64,000 nt of DNA, from the NCBI GenBank assembly GCA_045660745.1, contig JAZREJ010000039.1:515-64514 (forward strand), given 5' to 3'. The position numbers and the translations under genes were made by a program. Each line of letters begins with the position of its first letter. Within the stretch, counting starts at the first letter, position 1. The notes beneath the pieces are model-generated. The model searched no databases and had not been told where the DNA came from. It saw nothing but the letters and a program-made list of their open reading frames with translations. Of this stretch, positions 40,230 through 49,417 are shown in pieces. Source of the DNA: Eubacteriales bacterium. GTDB taxonomy: Bacteria > Bacillota > Clostridia > Oscillospirales > SIG627.

Positions 40230-41240
40230 TACTGTGGGATATCCGATTTCAGCCTCGAATTCCATCATCTTGTCAAACTGACGAAGACCGTCGATAGAGT
40301 TCTTTTCGGTGAGGTTACAGCCTGCCGCGGCCCCTGCGACTCTGAGGGAGTATTCGGGGTCAAACTCGCGGTAGATGGAGTAAAGCATACCTGCGCAGAA
40401 AGCATCGCCTGCACCAACCTTACCCTTGATCATATCCTTGGTCATGTTAAGTGAAGGAAGGAAGTATACCGTGTCGCCTTTCTTTGCATACCAGCCACCC
40501 TCAGGAGCATGGATTGAAATTATCTCGCGAACGCCCTTTTCAAAGAGTTCATTTATAACCGCCTTGATAGCGCTGTGATCTATCTTTCCTTCGTCATTTC
40601 TCACCTTTATACCGGTAACCATGGCAGCTTCAACCTCGTTGAAGATAAGATAGTCACAGTGAGCAAGACATGGAGTTACGATCTTAGGGAAACGGTCGGA
40701 TGCTTCGGAAACAACGTCAATCGAAGTCTTGATGCCCTTCTTTGAAACCTCTGCAAGAGTTCTTGCCATAACGGTACCGTACTCATCGTCTGGAAGGTCA
40801 AACTTATCAAGAAGGAGTGCATAACCGATATGGAAAATATCAGCATTAAGGTTTTCAATATCAATATCTTCAGGACCGAAAAGTGCATTTGCGCCTCTGC
40901 CGTGGAAGAATGTACGCTCGTTTGTAGACAAATCAGACATAACGTCAGAGAAGGAGGTAAAGGATTCCTCGGTTGTAACAACTCCCTCGATGTCAATACC
41001 GAGGTCTGACATAGCACCCTTCAGATAATCTCCGTCGGAATCATTTCCTACCTTACCGATGATAGAAACGTTGATTTCGGGATCGATAATAGCAATATCG
41101 GCAGCAGTGTTGCATACACATCCGCCTACGCTCTTTTCAACAGAGCGAACGTTTGTAAGCATTCCGGGCACAGGATAAATATCGCACATTTTCACATGGT
41201 CAACAAGCATGTTGCCTGCAACAATAATACCTTTATTCAT
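40227..41240 (-). CDS. PfkB-family carbohydrate kinase (ribokinase/fructokinase-like)
   Basis: 337 aa with the C-terminal ATP motif GAGDAFCAG and an N-terminal GNMLVD...GG region. Confidence 0.85.
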   Translation of the reverse strand: MNKGIIVAGNMLVDHVKMCDIYPVPGMLTNVRSVEKSVGGCVCNTAADIAIIDPEINVSIIGKVGNDSDGDYLKGAMSDLGIDIEGVVTTEESFTSFSDVMSDLSTNERTFFHGRGANALFGPEDIDIENLNADIFHIGYALLLDKFDLPDDEYGTVMARTLAEVSKKGIKTSIDVVSEASDRFPKIVTPCLAHCDYLIFNEVEAAMVTGIKVRNDEGKIDHSAIKAVINELFEKGVREIISIHAPEGGWYAKKGDTVYFLPSLNMTKDMIKGKVGAGDAFCAGMLYSIYREFDPEYSLRVAGAAAGCNLTEKNSIDGLRQFDKMMEFEAEIGYPTV

Positions 41241-41284
41241 AATAAATCCTTTCAGAAAGTATATTTACTTTTATTTACTTATAC

Positions 41285-41313
41285 ATTATACCATACAATA
41301 AATTATTTTGCAA
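41285..41313 (-). promoter_or_regulatory. sigma-A promoter of the PfkB kinase gene
   Basis: Minus strand reads TTGCAA (41313-41308), 17 nt, TATAAT (41290-41285), with an upstream TG. Confidence 0.55.
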
Positions 41314-41349
41314 GAGTTTTATTTTTTATCTGTTTCGAACAAAAAATTA

Positions 41350-41378
41350 TTGACAAATCAATAGATTTATGATACTAT
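41350..41378 (+). promoter_or_regulatory. sigma-A promoter of the isomerase/epimerase operon
   Basis: TTGACA (41350-41355), 17 nt, TACTAT (41373-41378), with TG at -15/-14. Confidence 0.6.
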
Positions 41379-41404
41379 AACGATATAGCGCTATATCGTT
41401 ATAG
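41375..41404. promoter_or_regulatory. perfect 30-bp palindromic operator overlapping the -10 and reaching the SD
   Basis: CTATAACGATATAGC|GCTATATCGTTATAG has no mismatch. The left end overlaps the -10 hexamer and the right end abuts the GGAGG of the 41415 gene. Confidence 0.6.
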
Positions 41405-41414
41405 GAGGAATATC

Positions 41415-42821
41415 ATGAGAGCAGTTAACAATAAGATTACTCTTGCTCTTTACTTCGGTAACCGAGGATTTTTCCCCGGTGAAGTTGTTGCGACAGCAAG
41501 AAAAGAGATGTGCGAGGCACTTGACAAAGCAAACATCAATCATATCGCAATGGATGAATCAAAAACAAGATTCGGAGCTGTAGAAACCATTGAGGAAGGC
41601 AGAGCTTATGCTGAATTTCTTGAAGAAAACAGAGGGAAATTTGACGGCGTTGTTGTATGTATGCCTAACTTCAGTGATGAAAACGGTGCTCTTATAGCAC
41701 TTGAAAACGCAAACGTACCCATTCTCATTCAGGCTTATCCCGACAAGATAGGAGAAATGGATTTTGCACACAGACGCGACTCGATGTGCGGAAAATTCGC
41801 TCTTTGCAACGTACTCCGACAGGCAAACATCCCCTTCTCTCTCACAAAGAAGTTTGTGGTCTCCCCTCTCACCGAGGATTTCCACGCTGACCTTCTTGAA
41901 TTTGAGGCAGTTTGCCGAGTGGTTAAGGGCATGAAGAAGTTCAGACTCGGTGCTATCGGTGCAAGAACCACAGCGTTCAAGACCGTAAGGGTTGACGAAA
42001 TTGCTTTCCAGAATAAGGGCGTTGACATTGTAACACTTGACCTGAGCGAAATATTCCAGAGAGCAGAAAAGCTCACGCAAAAAGAAATAGACGAAAAGAA
42101 ATCCGACATACTTGCCATCACAGAGTTCTCCGACTATCCCGAAGCAAAGCTTGACAACATGGCAAAGGTTCAGGCGGTGTTCGAGGACGTTGTACGTGAG
42201 TATCAGCTTGATGCAGTAGCGGTGCGTTGTTGGAATGAATTCCAAACGGTTATGGGAATCGCTCCCTGTACCACTCTTTGTATTCTCAATGAGATGGGAA
42301 TCAGTGCGGCGTGTGAGGTCGATATTCCAAATGCCGTTATGATGAGAGCACTCTCACTTGCATCGGACACCCCGTCAATGCTTCTTGACTACAACAACAA
42401 CTACGGTGAAGAAGAAAACAAAGCAATCATGTTCCATTGCGGACCTGTAGCTCCTTCAATGCTTAACGGTAAGGGTAAGATAATCGAGCATCTTATGTTC
42501 AAGAAGTCCTTCGGTGAAGGAAGCGGTGTTGGTGTAAACAAGGGCAGTATCAAGTCGGGTGACATCACCTTCGGAAGCATCAAGACCGAAAACGGGCAGG
42601 TGTGCGGATTCGTTACAGAAGGCAGATTCACAGATGATGAGATAGAAGAAGAATTCTTCGGAAGCGGTAAGGTAGTTGAAAAAGAGGGACTTAGCGACCT
42701 TTCAAACTACGTTGCTGAAAGCGGATACAAGCACCACCTGTCAATTACCTACGGAAACTGCAGCAACGTAATATTCGAGGCATTTTCAAAATACCTTGAT
42801 TACGATATTGATTTAATATAA
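41415..42821 (+). CDS. L-fucose/L-arabinose isomerase-family protein (FucI-like, ~470-aa subgroup)
   Basis: ALYFGNRGFFPGEVV, GVVVCMPNFSDENG, RDSMCGKFALCNVLRQ and the C-terminal YKHHLSITYG are typical of the FucI-related COG2407-type proteins. Confidence 0.75.
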   Translation: MRAVNNKITLALYFGNRGFFPGEVVATARKEMCEALDKANINHIAMDESKTRFGAVETIEEGRAYAEFLEENRGKFDGVVVCMPNFSDENGALIALENANVPILIQAYPDKIGEMDFAHRRDSMCGKFALCNVLRQANIPFSLTKKFVVSPLTEDFHADLLEFEAVCRVVKGMKKFRLGAIGARTTAFKTVRVDEIAFQNKGVDIVTLDLSEIFQRAEKLTQKEIDEKKSDILAITEFSDYPEAKLDNMAKVQAVFEDVVREYQLDAVAVRCWNEFQTVMGIAPCTTLCILNEMGISAACEVDIPNAVMMRALSLASDTPSMLLDYNNNYGEEENKAIMFHCGPVAPSMLNGKGKIIEHLMFKKSFGEGSGVGVNKGSIKSGDITFGSIKTENGQVCGFVTEGRFTDDEIEEEFFGSGKVVEKEGLSDLSNYVAESGYKHHLSITYGNCSNVIFEAFSKYLDYDIDLI

Positions 42822-42834
42822 GGAGGTTTCACGC

Positions 42835-43716
42835 ATGAACAAGCTTGGTATTTTCATGAATTTCTGGGAAAAGAACTGGGATGCAGACCACTCAAAGTAC
42901 ATAAAGAAAGCCGCACAGATAGGCTTTGACGTACTCGAATTTCAGGCTCAGCCCCTTCTTGAGATGAGCGATGAAAAGCTTAAAAGTCTCAAGGCTCTTG
43001 CTGACGAGGTAGGAATTGAGCTTACCTATTCTCTCGGTCTTGACCCGGCATACGACGTTTCATCTCCGGATGAAAACGTAAGACTCGGAGGTGTCGATTA
43101 CCTAAAGAGAATCGTCGAACAGATAGGCAAGATGGACGGAAAGCTTCTCTCCGGCGTAAGCTATGCAGGATGGGGTACACCTCCCTACGTACTTGATGAC
43201 AAAAGACCACTTCTTGAAAACAGTATCAAGAGCATGAGAGAAATAATCAAAGCGGCTGAAGACAACGGAGTTACCTACTGTGTTGAGGCAGTAAACCGTT
43301 TTGAAGGGTGTCTTATAAACACAGCCGAGGAAGCTCTTGCATACGCAGACGAAATTGACAGCCGTAACATAGGTATTCTTCTTGACACCTATCACATGAA
43401 CATTGAAGAAAATTCCATTGGAGATGCTATCCGACTTGTAGGAAACAGACTTACAAGCTTCCACACCGGGGAGAATAACCGCACGGCTCCCGGACGCGGA
43501 CATCTTAACTGGGACGAGATATTCGGTACCCTTTCAGAGATAGGCTACAAGAATCGTATTGTGTGCGAACCATTCGTAATGCAGGGGGGTGAGGTTGGAC
43601 GTGACATACACGTGTTCCGCGACCTCGTTTCTGACACAAGCGAGAAGGCTATTGACAGAGAAGCGGCATACATTCTCGAATTTGAAAAGGGAATGATGAG
43701 AAAATACAACATGTAA
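42835..43716 (+). CDS. ketose 3-epimerase (D-psicose/D-tagatose 3-epimerase family)
   Basis: Collinear with characterised DPEases as I remember them. CVEAVNRFE vs LEVLNRFE, LLDTYHMNIEE vs MLDTFHMNIEE, FHTGENNRTAPGRG vs LHTGECNRKVPGRG, VCEPFVMQGG vs VMEPFVRMGG. All four metal ligands (E, D, H, E) are conserved. Confidence 0.88.
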   Translation: MNKLGIFMNFWEKNWDADHSKYIKKAAQIGFDVLEFQAQPLLEMSDEKLKSLKALADEVGIELTYSLGLDPAYDVSSPDENVRLGGVDYLKRIVEQIGKMDGKLLSGVSYAGWGTPPYVLDDKRPLLENSIKSMREIIKAAEDNGVTYCVEAVNRFEGCLINTAEEALAYADEIDSRNIGILLDTYHMNIEENSIGDAIRLVGNRLTSFHTGENNRTAPGRGHLNWDEIFGTLSEIGYKNRIVCEPFVMQGGEVGRDIHVFRDLVSDTSEKAIDREAAYILEFEKGMMRKYNM

Positions 43717-43900
43717 AAAACGAAACAAAGAGTGTAAATCCCCACCGATTGCAAGAATTTATCACTCTTACAAAATTCAAAGGAGATGTAAAAAAAGTCC
43801 GGACCGTCAAAAAACACAAACAAATAGAGTTTTAAGTGTATTCAAAACTTTTAAACGGATAAAGTTCTCTGAAGCATTTTTCCAATCTCCTACAATTCAA

Positions 43901-43945
43901 GGGCTGTAAAAAACTCAAACAGAGTTTTTTACAGCCCCCTTTTTT
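43901..43945. terminator. shared terminator between convergent genes
   Basis: GGGCTGTAAAAAACTC-AAACA-GAGTTTTTTACAGCCC followed by CCTTTTTT. It overlaps the stop of the carboxypeptidase gene. Confidence 0.8.
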
Positions 43946-45131
43946 ACTGAACAAGAGTTTTTAGAAGCGAAGTGAAAATGTCGAAAAAGCCTGCTTTTTC
44001 AACCGACTCGGTAGTAACTATCTTGCTTGAGCCGAGCATCTGCCCGTTTGCGAAATATTTTATCTCACCAACCGTTTGTCCTTTGTCAACAGGAGAAGTT
44101 ACCTTATCTGCAAGCTCTATCTGAACTTCAATCTTTCCTTCAAGACCTTTTTTAACAAGGATAGGTGCTATACTTGTATCTACCGACGCATACTGCTTTT
44201 TCCCGCCCTTTACACGCACCTCATGTATTTCAAGGGGAGCGGGGTGATATACGGCAAAATTGGCAAATCCGTAATCAAGGAGTGCTTTTGCATCCGAAAA
44301 GCGTTCGGCGGAGGTGGGACCTCCAAGCACTACCGCGATAAGTTCGGTCTCTCCCCTTTTAGCAGTTGCCGAAAGGCAGAATTTCGCCTTTGAAGTAGAG
44401 CCCGTTTTAAGCCCGTTAGCGCCGTTGTAAAAACGAATAAGCTTATTGGTGTTAGTAAGTCCGAATGCGCCGTTACGGATAGTATCCATCCATATCGTTG
44501 TATATTCAAATATCTTTTCGTGTGATATAAGCTCGCGGGACATAACGGCAACGTCGCGCGCAGTTGAAGTATGCATCTCTTTGTCGTCAAGCCCCGTACA
44601 GTTCACAAAGCTCGTATTCGTCATGCCGAGTTCTGCAGCGCGCTCATTCATACGGCGTACGAACTCCGCTTCACTTCCTGCAATATGTTCTGCAAGAGCA
44701 ACCGCACCGTCATTACAGCTAGACACAACGACAGCCTTGAGCATATCGTGAACGCTGAGCACCTCTCCCGGCTCCATCCACGCCTGACTGCCTCCCATTG
44801 AAGCTGCGTTTTCGCTTACAGTAACGGGATCATCGAGCTTTATAACACCTCCGTCGAGCGCCTCCATAACAAGAAGTATAGTCATTACCTTTGTAACCGA
44901 TGCGATAGGCAGACTCTTGTCAGCATTCTTATCAAAAAGCACCTCTCCTGTTTCTGCCTCCATAAGGATTGCGCCCTCGGATGTGACGTCAAGCGCTGTC
45001 GCTGACGCAGGAAGCACCCAATCAAAAAACTCATCCTCGGTTAAAAATAGGCTTTCATCCTCTAACAACTCCGCACTTACGGGAAGCACACTCAGTGCAA
45101 GCATCAATATAAACACTAAAACTTTTTTCAT
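43944..45131 (-). CDS. D-alanyl-D-alanine carboxypeptidase (serine peptidase S11, PBP5-like)
   Basis: Signal peptide present. Has SVTK (SxxK), SCND (SxN) and KTGST (KTG). Confidence 0.92.
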   Translation of the reverse strand: MKKVLVFILMLALSVLPVSAELLEDESLFLTEDEFFDWVLPASATALDVTSEGAILMEAETGEVLFDKNADKSLPIASVTKVMTILLVMEALDGGVIKLDDPVTVSENAASMGGSQAWMEPGEVLSVHDMLKAVVVSSCNDGAVALAEHIAGSEAEFVRRMNERAAELGMTNTSFVNCTGLDDKEMHTSTARDVAVMSRELISHEKIFEYTTIWMDTIRNGAFGLTNTNKLIRFYNGANGLKTGSTSKAKFCLSATAKRGETELIAVVLGGPTSAERFSDAKALLDYGFANFAVYHPAPLEIHEVRVKGGKKQYASVDTSIAPILVKKGLEGKIEVQIELADKVTSPVDKGQTVGEIKYFANGQMLGSSKIVTTESVEKAGFFDIFTSLLKTLVQ

Positions 45132-45185
45132 ACCCGTCTCCTTTTGTTTTTTGTAATATTGTATTCAAAAGAAATAAGGCTATGA

Positions 45186-45219
45186 CAAAAACAGCACCTG
45201 TTCAAAAAAGAACAGGTGC
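45186..45219 (-). terminator. rho-independent terminator of the GH3 gene
   Basis: Minus strand reads GCACCTGTTC-UUUUUU-GAACAGGUGC followed by UGUUUUU. Confidence 0.8.
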
Positions 45220-45227
45220 ATTTTAGT

Positions 45228-46856
45228 TTATTCAACTTCTCTTTCAAAGTAGCCTTTATGGGTTACGGGATTCTTGGCGACCATAGGCTTTTCGCCGAGG
45301 AGCACCTTAACGGCACCTCGCTGGGACGCCTCGGAGCTTGAAAAGGCATTCACATAAGTATAAAGATAAGGAAAGTCATGAAGCTTATACGGATCACCGA
45401 AGGAGGTAAACACAACCGACGGGTGAGAGAACAAAAATCCTCTCCAGAACAGCATTATATTTGCCCATGCAATACGTAAGCTTCCTCCAAGATAATCATG
45501 AACTCCTATCTTACAGTTAACAAATACCGTTTTTGCTTCTGCCATTTTTTCTTTAACGGTAGTATGGGAAGGATTTAAGAGCACCTCAACCTCCAGCCCT
45601 CTTGCACGAAGCTCATTTTCGAATTCATCAAGATATCTAACAAGAGGCGAAGCAACACGAGCACTCTCGACGCGCTGAATGTTAATAACAAGAACCTTAT
45701 CTCCCTTTTCCAATTTAACGGGAAGCACGCCTTTGCAATTTCTGACAAATTTTATAGACTTTTCTCCTATCTCATCAGCAATCGCTTTGATATCAAGACT
45801 ATCATTAACAGCGTTATCGGGAAGCTTGTTATCATCAAATATACGAGCATTTTCTTTCATGACAAGCACTCGGCGTACCGCATCGCGAAGTCGCTCAAGC
45901 GTTATATTTCCTTGCTCATATGCCGACTTGATTCTATCAAAATCCACAGGAAGCGCAAACAGAGCCATATCCCCTCCCGCATTCAAGAATTCTACAACAA
46001 GCTTATCCTCGCGCATCACAGAGCAAGAACCAATCATGCTGAGTGCATCGGACACAACGCAACCTTTAAATTGAAGCTCTTCCTTTAAAAGATCCGTTAT
46101 AAGCTTACGGCTTATGATAGCCGGCTTATATCCCAGTACCTCATCGACCTTTTCTCCGTCAAATGCGGGAAGTGCAAGATGTCCTACCATTATGGAGCCT
46201 ACACCTTCCCTTATAAGCTCACGGTATACCTTGCCAAAAGTATTCATCCACTCCTCACGTGACAGGCTGTTGATCGTTGTACAGAAGTGCTGATTGCGGT
46301 CATCGACACCGTCTCCCGGAAAATGCTTGGCACACGCAACCATCACGTTGTTTTTTTGAAGTCCTCTGATATACGCCGAACCGATTTTTATGACTTGATC
46401 TGCGCTGTCCGAGATTGCACGCACATTTGTTACGGGATTGTCGGGATTCATGTTGAGATCAACTATTGGTGCAAACGTCCAATGAATACCCGCACGTCTT
46501 GCAATTGCGGCGGTTGCCTCTCCTGCCTTTTCTATAAGCTCTGCGTCATCGGCGGCACCCCATGCCATGGGGAACGGCAAAAGCTCCTCTCCTTTGATGG
46601 CACAACCGGGACCGTTCTCAACGTCCGCAGAAACGATTACCGGGATGTCAAGATTGTCGTTTGCTATCTTCGTATATTTATGTATAAACTCAGGCTCTGC
46701 GCCATTGAAAAATATTCCGCCCGGCTTTGTTCTTCTGACAATGTCGGCAAATTCTTCCTCACTCCACTTGGGAGAAACTGCATAACAAAGAGTCTGACCG
46801 ATAAGCTCGTCTATCGTCATACTCTCGATAAAAGCGTCAATGCTTTTTGTATCCAT
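45228..46856 (-). CDS. glycoside hydrolase family 3 protein (NagZ / beta-N-acetylhexosaminidase-like, with extra C-terminal domain)
   Basis: ATG 46856 follows GGAGG. Motifs LIGQTL, the KHFPGDG variant (expected KHFPGHG), and VVSDAL. Confidence 0.85.
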   Translation of the reverse strand: MDTKSIDAFIESMTIDELIGQTLCYAVSPKWSEEEFADIVRRTKPGGIFFNGAEPEFIHKYTKIANDNLDIPVIVSADVENGPGCAIKGEELLPFPMAWGAADDAELIEKAGEATAAIARRAGIHWTFAPIVDLNMNPDNPVTNVRAISDSADQVIKIGSAYIRGLQKNNVMVACAKHFPGDGVDDRNQHFCTTINSLSREEWMNTFGKVYRELIREGVGSIMVGHLALPAFDGEKVDEVLGYKPAIISRKLITDLLKEELQFKGCVVSDALSMIGSCSVMREDKLVVEFLNAGGDMALFALPVDFDRIKSAYEQGNITLERLRDAVRRVLVMKENARIFDDNKLPDNAVNDSLDIKAIADEIGEKSIKFVRNCKGVLPVKLEKGDKVLVINIQRVESARVASPLVRYLDEFENELRARGLEVEVLLNPSHTTVKEKMAEAKTVFVNCKIGVHDYLGGSLRIAWANIMLFWRGFLFSHPSVVFTSFGDPYKLHDFPYLYTYVNAFSSSEASQRGAVKVLLGEKPMVAKNPVTHKGYFEREVE

Positions 46857-46957
46857 AATAGTACCTCCGTTTCGATACACTTAATCCTTTAATATCATAG
46901 CGCTACAGAACAGATTGTGGAATGGATAAATTTGTACAAAATATGGATAATTCCGAT

Positions 46958-47740
46958 TTATATCTCCTCGTCTCCATGGAGATCCATCCACTCACAAGCG
47001 GCATCATACGCTTCATAATCAAGGTCTGCCATAGTATTTGTGTGAAGGATAACTCCGTCGGCTTCCCCGGCGAGTATCTTTTCACGATACCAGTCAAGCT
47101 GCCACTTAACCTTTTCGCCCGTTGCTTCCTTCTGCTCCCCAAAATTATAAAGATAGCAACCGAACATAAACCTCTTCCCCGGTGCCATCTTCTTGAGTAT
47201 CTCAAACTTTTCAGGGATAAGGTGAACGTCGCTTTCCTTCCAGGTCCACATTGTGATACCGTCAAAGGGCTCGATGTATTTCATAAAATCCGTATCCTGC
47301 TCGGGCTTGATACCAAACTCAAAGGTGTAAAGCACCATCCACATATCAAGAGGGCGGATATCGTTTGTCTTGAGTCTTTCCTGAATTTTCCAAAGGTTTT
47401 CAACGGGTATATTTCTGAATTTTCCCTCTCTGACAAAATCGTCAAAGACAACGCAGTTGATGTTGTCAAAATCTGCCGCCTCAGCAATAAGCGGCTCTAC
47501 GATCTCGGGATTTTCCCCCGCCTTGTAGCATTCCCAACCAACGCCCTTGAGTGTCTTGAATGATTTATTATACTGACGTCTGTCAACCTTACGTCCAACA
47601 GGCACCATAAACGTATTTCTGATACCAAGGTATAGACAGGCCTCCATCGGTGTCATTCGGGATTCCTTTTCATTACCGTATTCGTGATTGTAACGTCCTT
47701 CGGGATGTCCCCAAAGCCAGAATTTGTCGCGTAAAAGCAT
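46958..47740 (-). CDS. conserved-looking hypothetical protein (260 aa), function unknown
   Basis: Strong SD (AAAGGAGAAAAAGAA-ATG). Cytoplasmic. MLLRDKFWLWGHPEG...; no motif I can assign. Same strand and about 100 nt upstream of the GH3 gene. Confidence 0.65.
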   Translation of the reverse strand: MLLRDKFWLWGHPEGRYNHEYGNEKESRMTPMEACLYLGIRNTFMVPVGRKVDRRQYNKSFKTLKGVGWECYKAGENPEIVEPLIAEAADFDNINCVVFDDFVREGKFRNIPVENLWKIQERLKTNDIRPLDMWMVLYTFEFGIKPEQDTDFMKYIEPFDGITMWTWKESDVHLIPEKFEILKKMAPGKRFMFGCYLYNFGEQKEATGEKVKWQLDWYREKILAGEADGVILHTNTMADLDYEAYDAACEWMDLHGDEEI

Positions 47741-47865
47741 TTCTTTTTCTCCTTTGTATTGACTTTTCGTTCTAACCGTTGTAATATGTACTTGCTGATA
47801 TTATATTAAAGCAAAAATCCCTTATAATAAATACTTTTTCAAGTATAAAATATGGAGTTTCGAGT

Positions 47866-48678
47866 ATGTTTTATAATTCAAACACAGAAATATTCAACGA
47901 GATTGCCAAAATAAAGCCGCAGATATTATGTGTCGGTCACGCCAAAGTGGGCAGTGAATGGCAAGGTCGTCGAATATCTCCGAAATACTCGCGTCTTTAT
48001 TACGTTTTAAACGGAAGCTTTACAATCAAGCTGAGCAACGGAGAAGAGTTAACTTTCACAAAGGATAAGTGGTATCTGCTTCCGGCGGGAATGGATTTTG
48101 ACTTTGAGTGCGCACAAACCATGGAGCACATTTACTTTCATATAAAGCTGTGTGGCTCTGACGGTGCAGATCTTTTGAGAGCGTGTAAAAAGCCTCTATC
48201 TTTGTCGGATCCATCAAATGTTGATTTTATAAAGAAAAATATAACGTCATCAAGTCTGCCGATCGGTCTAAAGCTAAAAAACGCAGCAATTAATACTATT
48301 GCGGAAATGATAGATCTTTACAACATAAGTCTATGTGACGAAAGACACTCGCCGTGCATAAAAAAAGCACTTTCTTACATTCGTGAAAATCTTTCTGCAA
48401 AGCTAACCATATCTGAAATATCCGAAAGCATATTCGTATCAAAAAGCACCCTTACAAAGCACTTTCAAAAAGAGCTTTCGGTATCTGTGAACGAATACGT
48501 TACACGGCTTATAATGTCGGAAGCAGAAGCACTGCTTTCTACGACATCACTCTCGGTTGGTGCTATAAGCGAAAAGCTTGGTTTTTCGGATCAGCTTTAC
48601 TTCTCACGGCGTTTTAAAAACATACACGGTGTGTGTCCGAGCGAATACAGAAAAAATCGGAGTTACCTTATAGGGTAA
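47866..48678 (+). CDS. AraC-family transcriptional regulator
   Basis: The HTH is LTISEISESIFVSKSTLTKHFQKELSVSVNEYVTRLIMSEAEALL...GFSDQLYFSRRFKNIHGVCPSEYR. Confidence 0.9.
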   Translation: MFYNSNTEIFNEIAKIKPQILCVGHAKVGSEWQGRRISPKYSRLYYVLNGSFTIKLSNGEELTFTKDKWYLLPAGMDFDFECAQTMEHIYFHIKLCGSDGADLLRACKKPLSLSDPSNVDFIKKNITSSSLPIGLKLKNAAINTIAEMIDLYNISLCDERHSPCIKKALSYIRENLSAKLTISEISESIFVSKSTLTKHFQKELSVSVNEYVTRLIMSEAEALLSTTSLSVGAISEKLGFSDQLYFSRRFKNIHGVCPSEYRKNRSYLIG

Positions 48679-48689
48679 CACCGACTTTT

Positions 48690-49406
48690 TTATTCTATGC
48701 CCTCAACGGGCTGAAACTCAGGGCATATAAGCTCGACATTCTTCTTAATTGGGCATGCCCATCTGACAGCGTTTTTAATAATTTGCTGTACATTCTTATC
48801 ATGAAAAGCACGGTTAGTCTCATGGCCGGGCTGGAAGTAAAAAATCTTACCAAGTCCCCTTGTCCAAGTGCATCCCGAACGGAAAACTTCTCCGCTCTTA
48901 AACCATCCCATAAATATGATATCATCAGGATTTGCAATATCAAACGGTTCTCCGTACATTTCCTCGGGCTCAAGAACAAAGGTCTCATCAACGCCCTCGG
49001 CAATAGGATGATTAGGCATTATAGTCCATATTCTCTCACGTGCGCCCTCTCGCCACTTAAGTGTGGAAGAGGTTCCCATCATACGCCTGAACACCTTGGA
49101 ATAATGTGCAGAGTGAAGAGGCACAAAACCCATACCGCCAAGAATATACTTTTGAACTCTTTCTACCACCTCGTCGGGAACAAGTCTGTGCTTGACGTGA
49201 GACCAGTAAACAAGAACATCAGTATCCTGAAGCACCTCGTCTGTAAGGCCGCATTCATCGTCATCCAGAGTCGCGGTCCGAACCTCGATATCCTCGCACC
49301 TCAAAAAGTCGGCAATGAAATTGTGAATACCACCCGGGTATATTTCTGTCACAGTGGGATCGTTCTTCTCATGATAATTTTCGTTCCAAACAGTAACCTT
49401 TATCAT
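48690..49406 (-). CDS. ThuA-domain protein (trehalose-utilisation ThuA-like)
   Basis: 238 aa with HSAHYSKVFRRMMGTS, RSGCTWTRGLGKIFYFQPGHE. About half the residues are identical by eye to the ORF at 54062..54778. Confidence 0.85.
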   Translation of the reverse strand: MIKVTVWNENYHEKNDPTVTEIYPGGIHNFIADFLRCEDIEVRTATLDDDECGLTDEVLQDTDVLVYWSHVKHRLVPDEVVERVQKYILGGMGFVPLHSAHYSKVFRRMMGTSSTLKWREGARERIWTIMPNHPIAEGVDETFVLEPEEMYGEPFDIANPDDIIFMGWFKSGEVFRSGCTWTRGLGKIFYFQPGHETNRAFHDKNVQQIIKNAVRWACPIKKNVELICPEFQPVEGIE

Positions 49407-49417
49407 TTTTTACCCTA

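Noticed and set aside
43545-43823. 92-aa minus-strand ORF downstream of the epimerase gene
   Set aside because: It overlaps the 3' end of the epimerase gene, has no SD, and has a hydrophobic low-complexity product typical of AT-rich antisense sequence.
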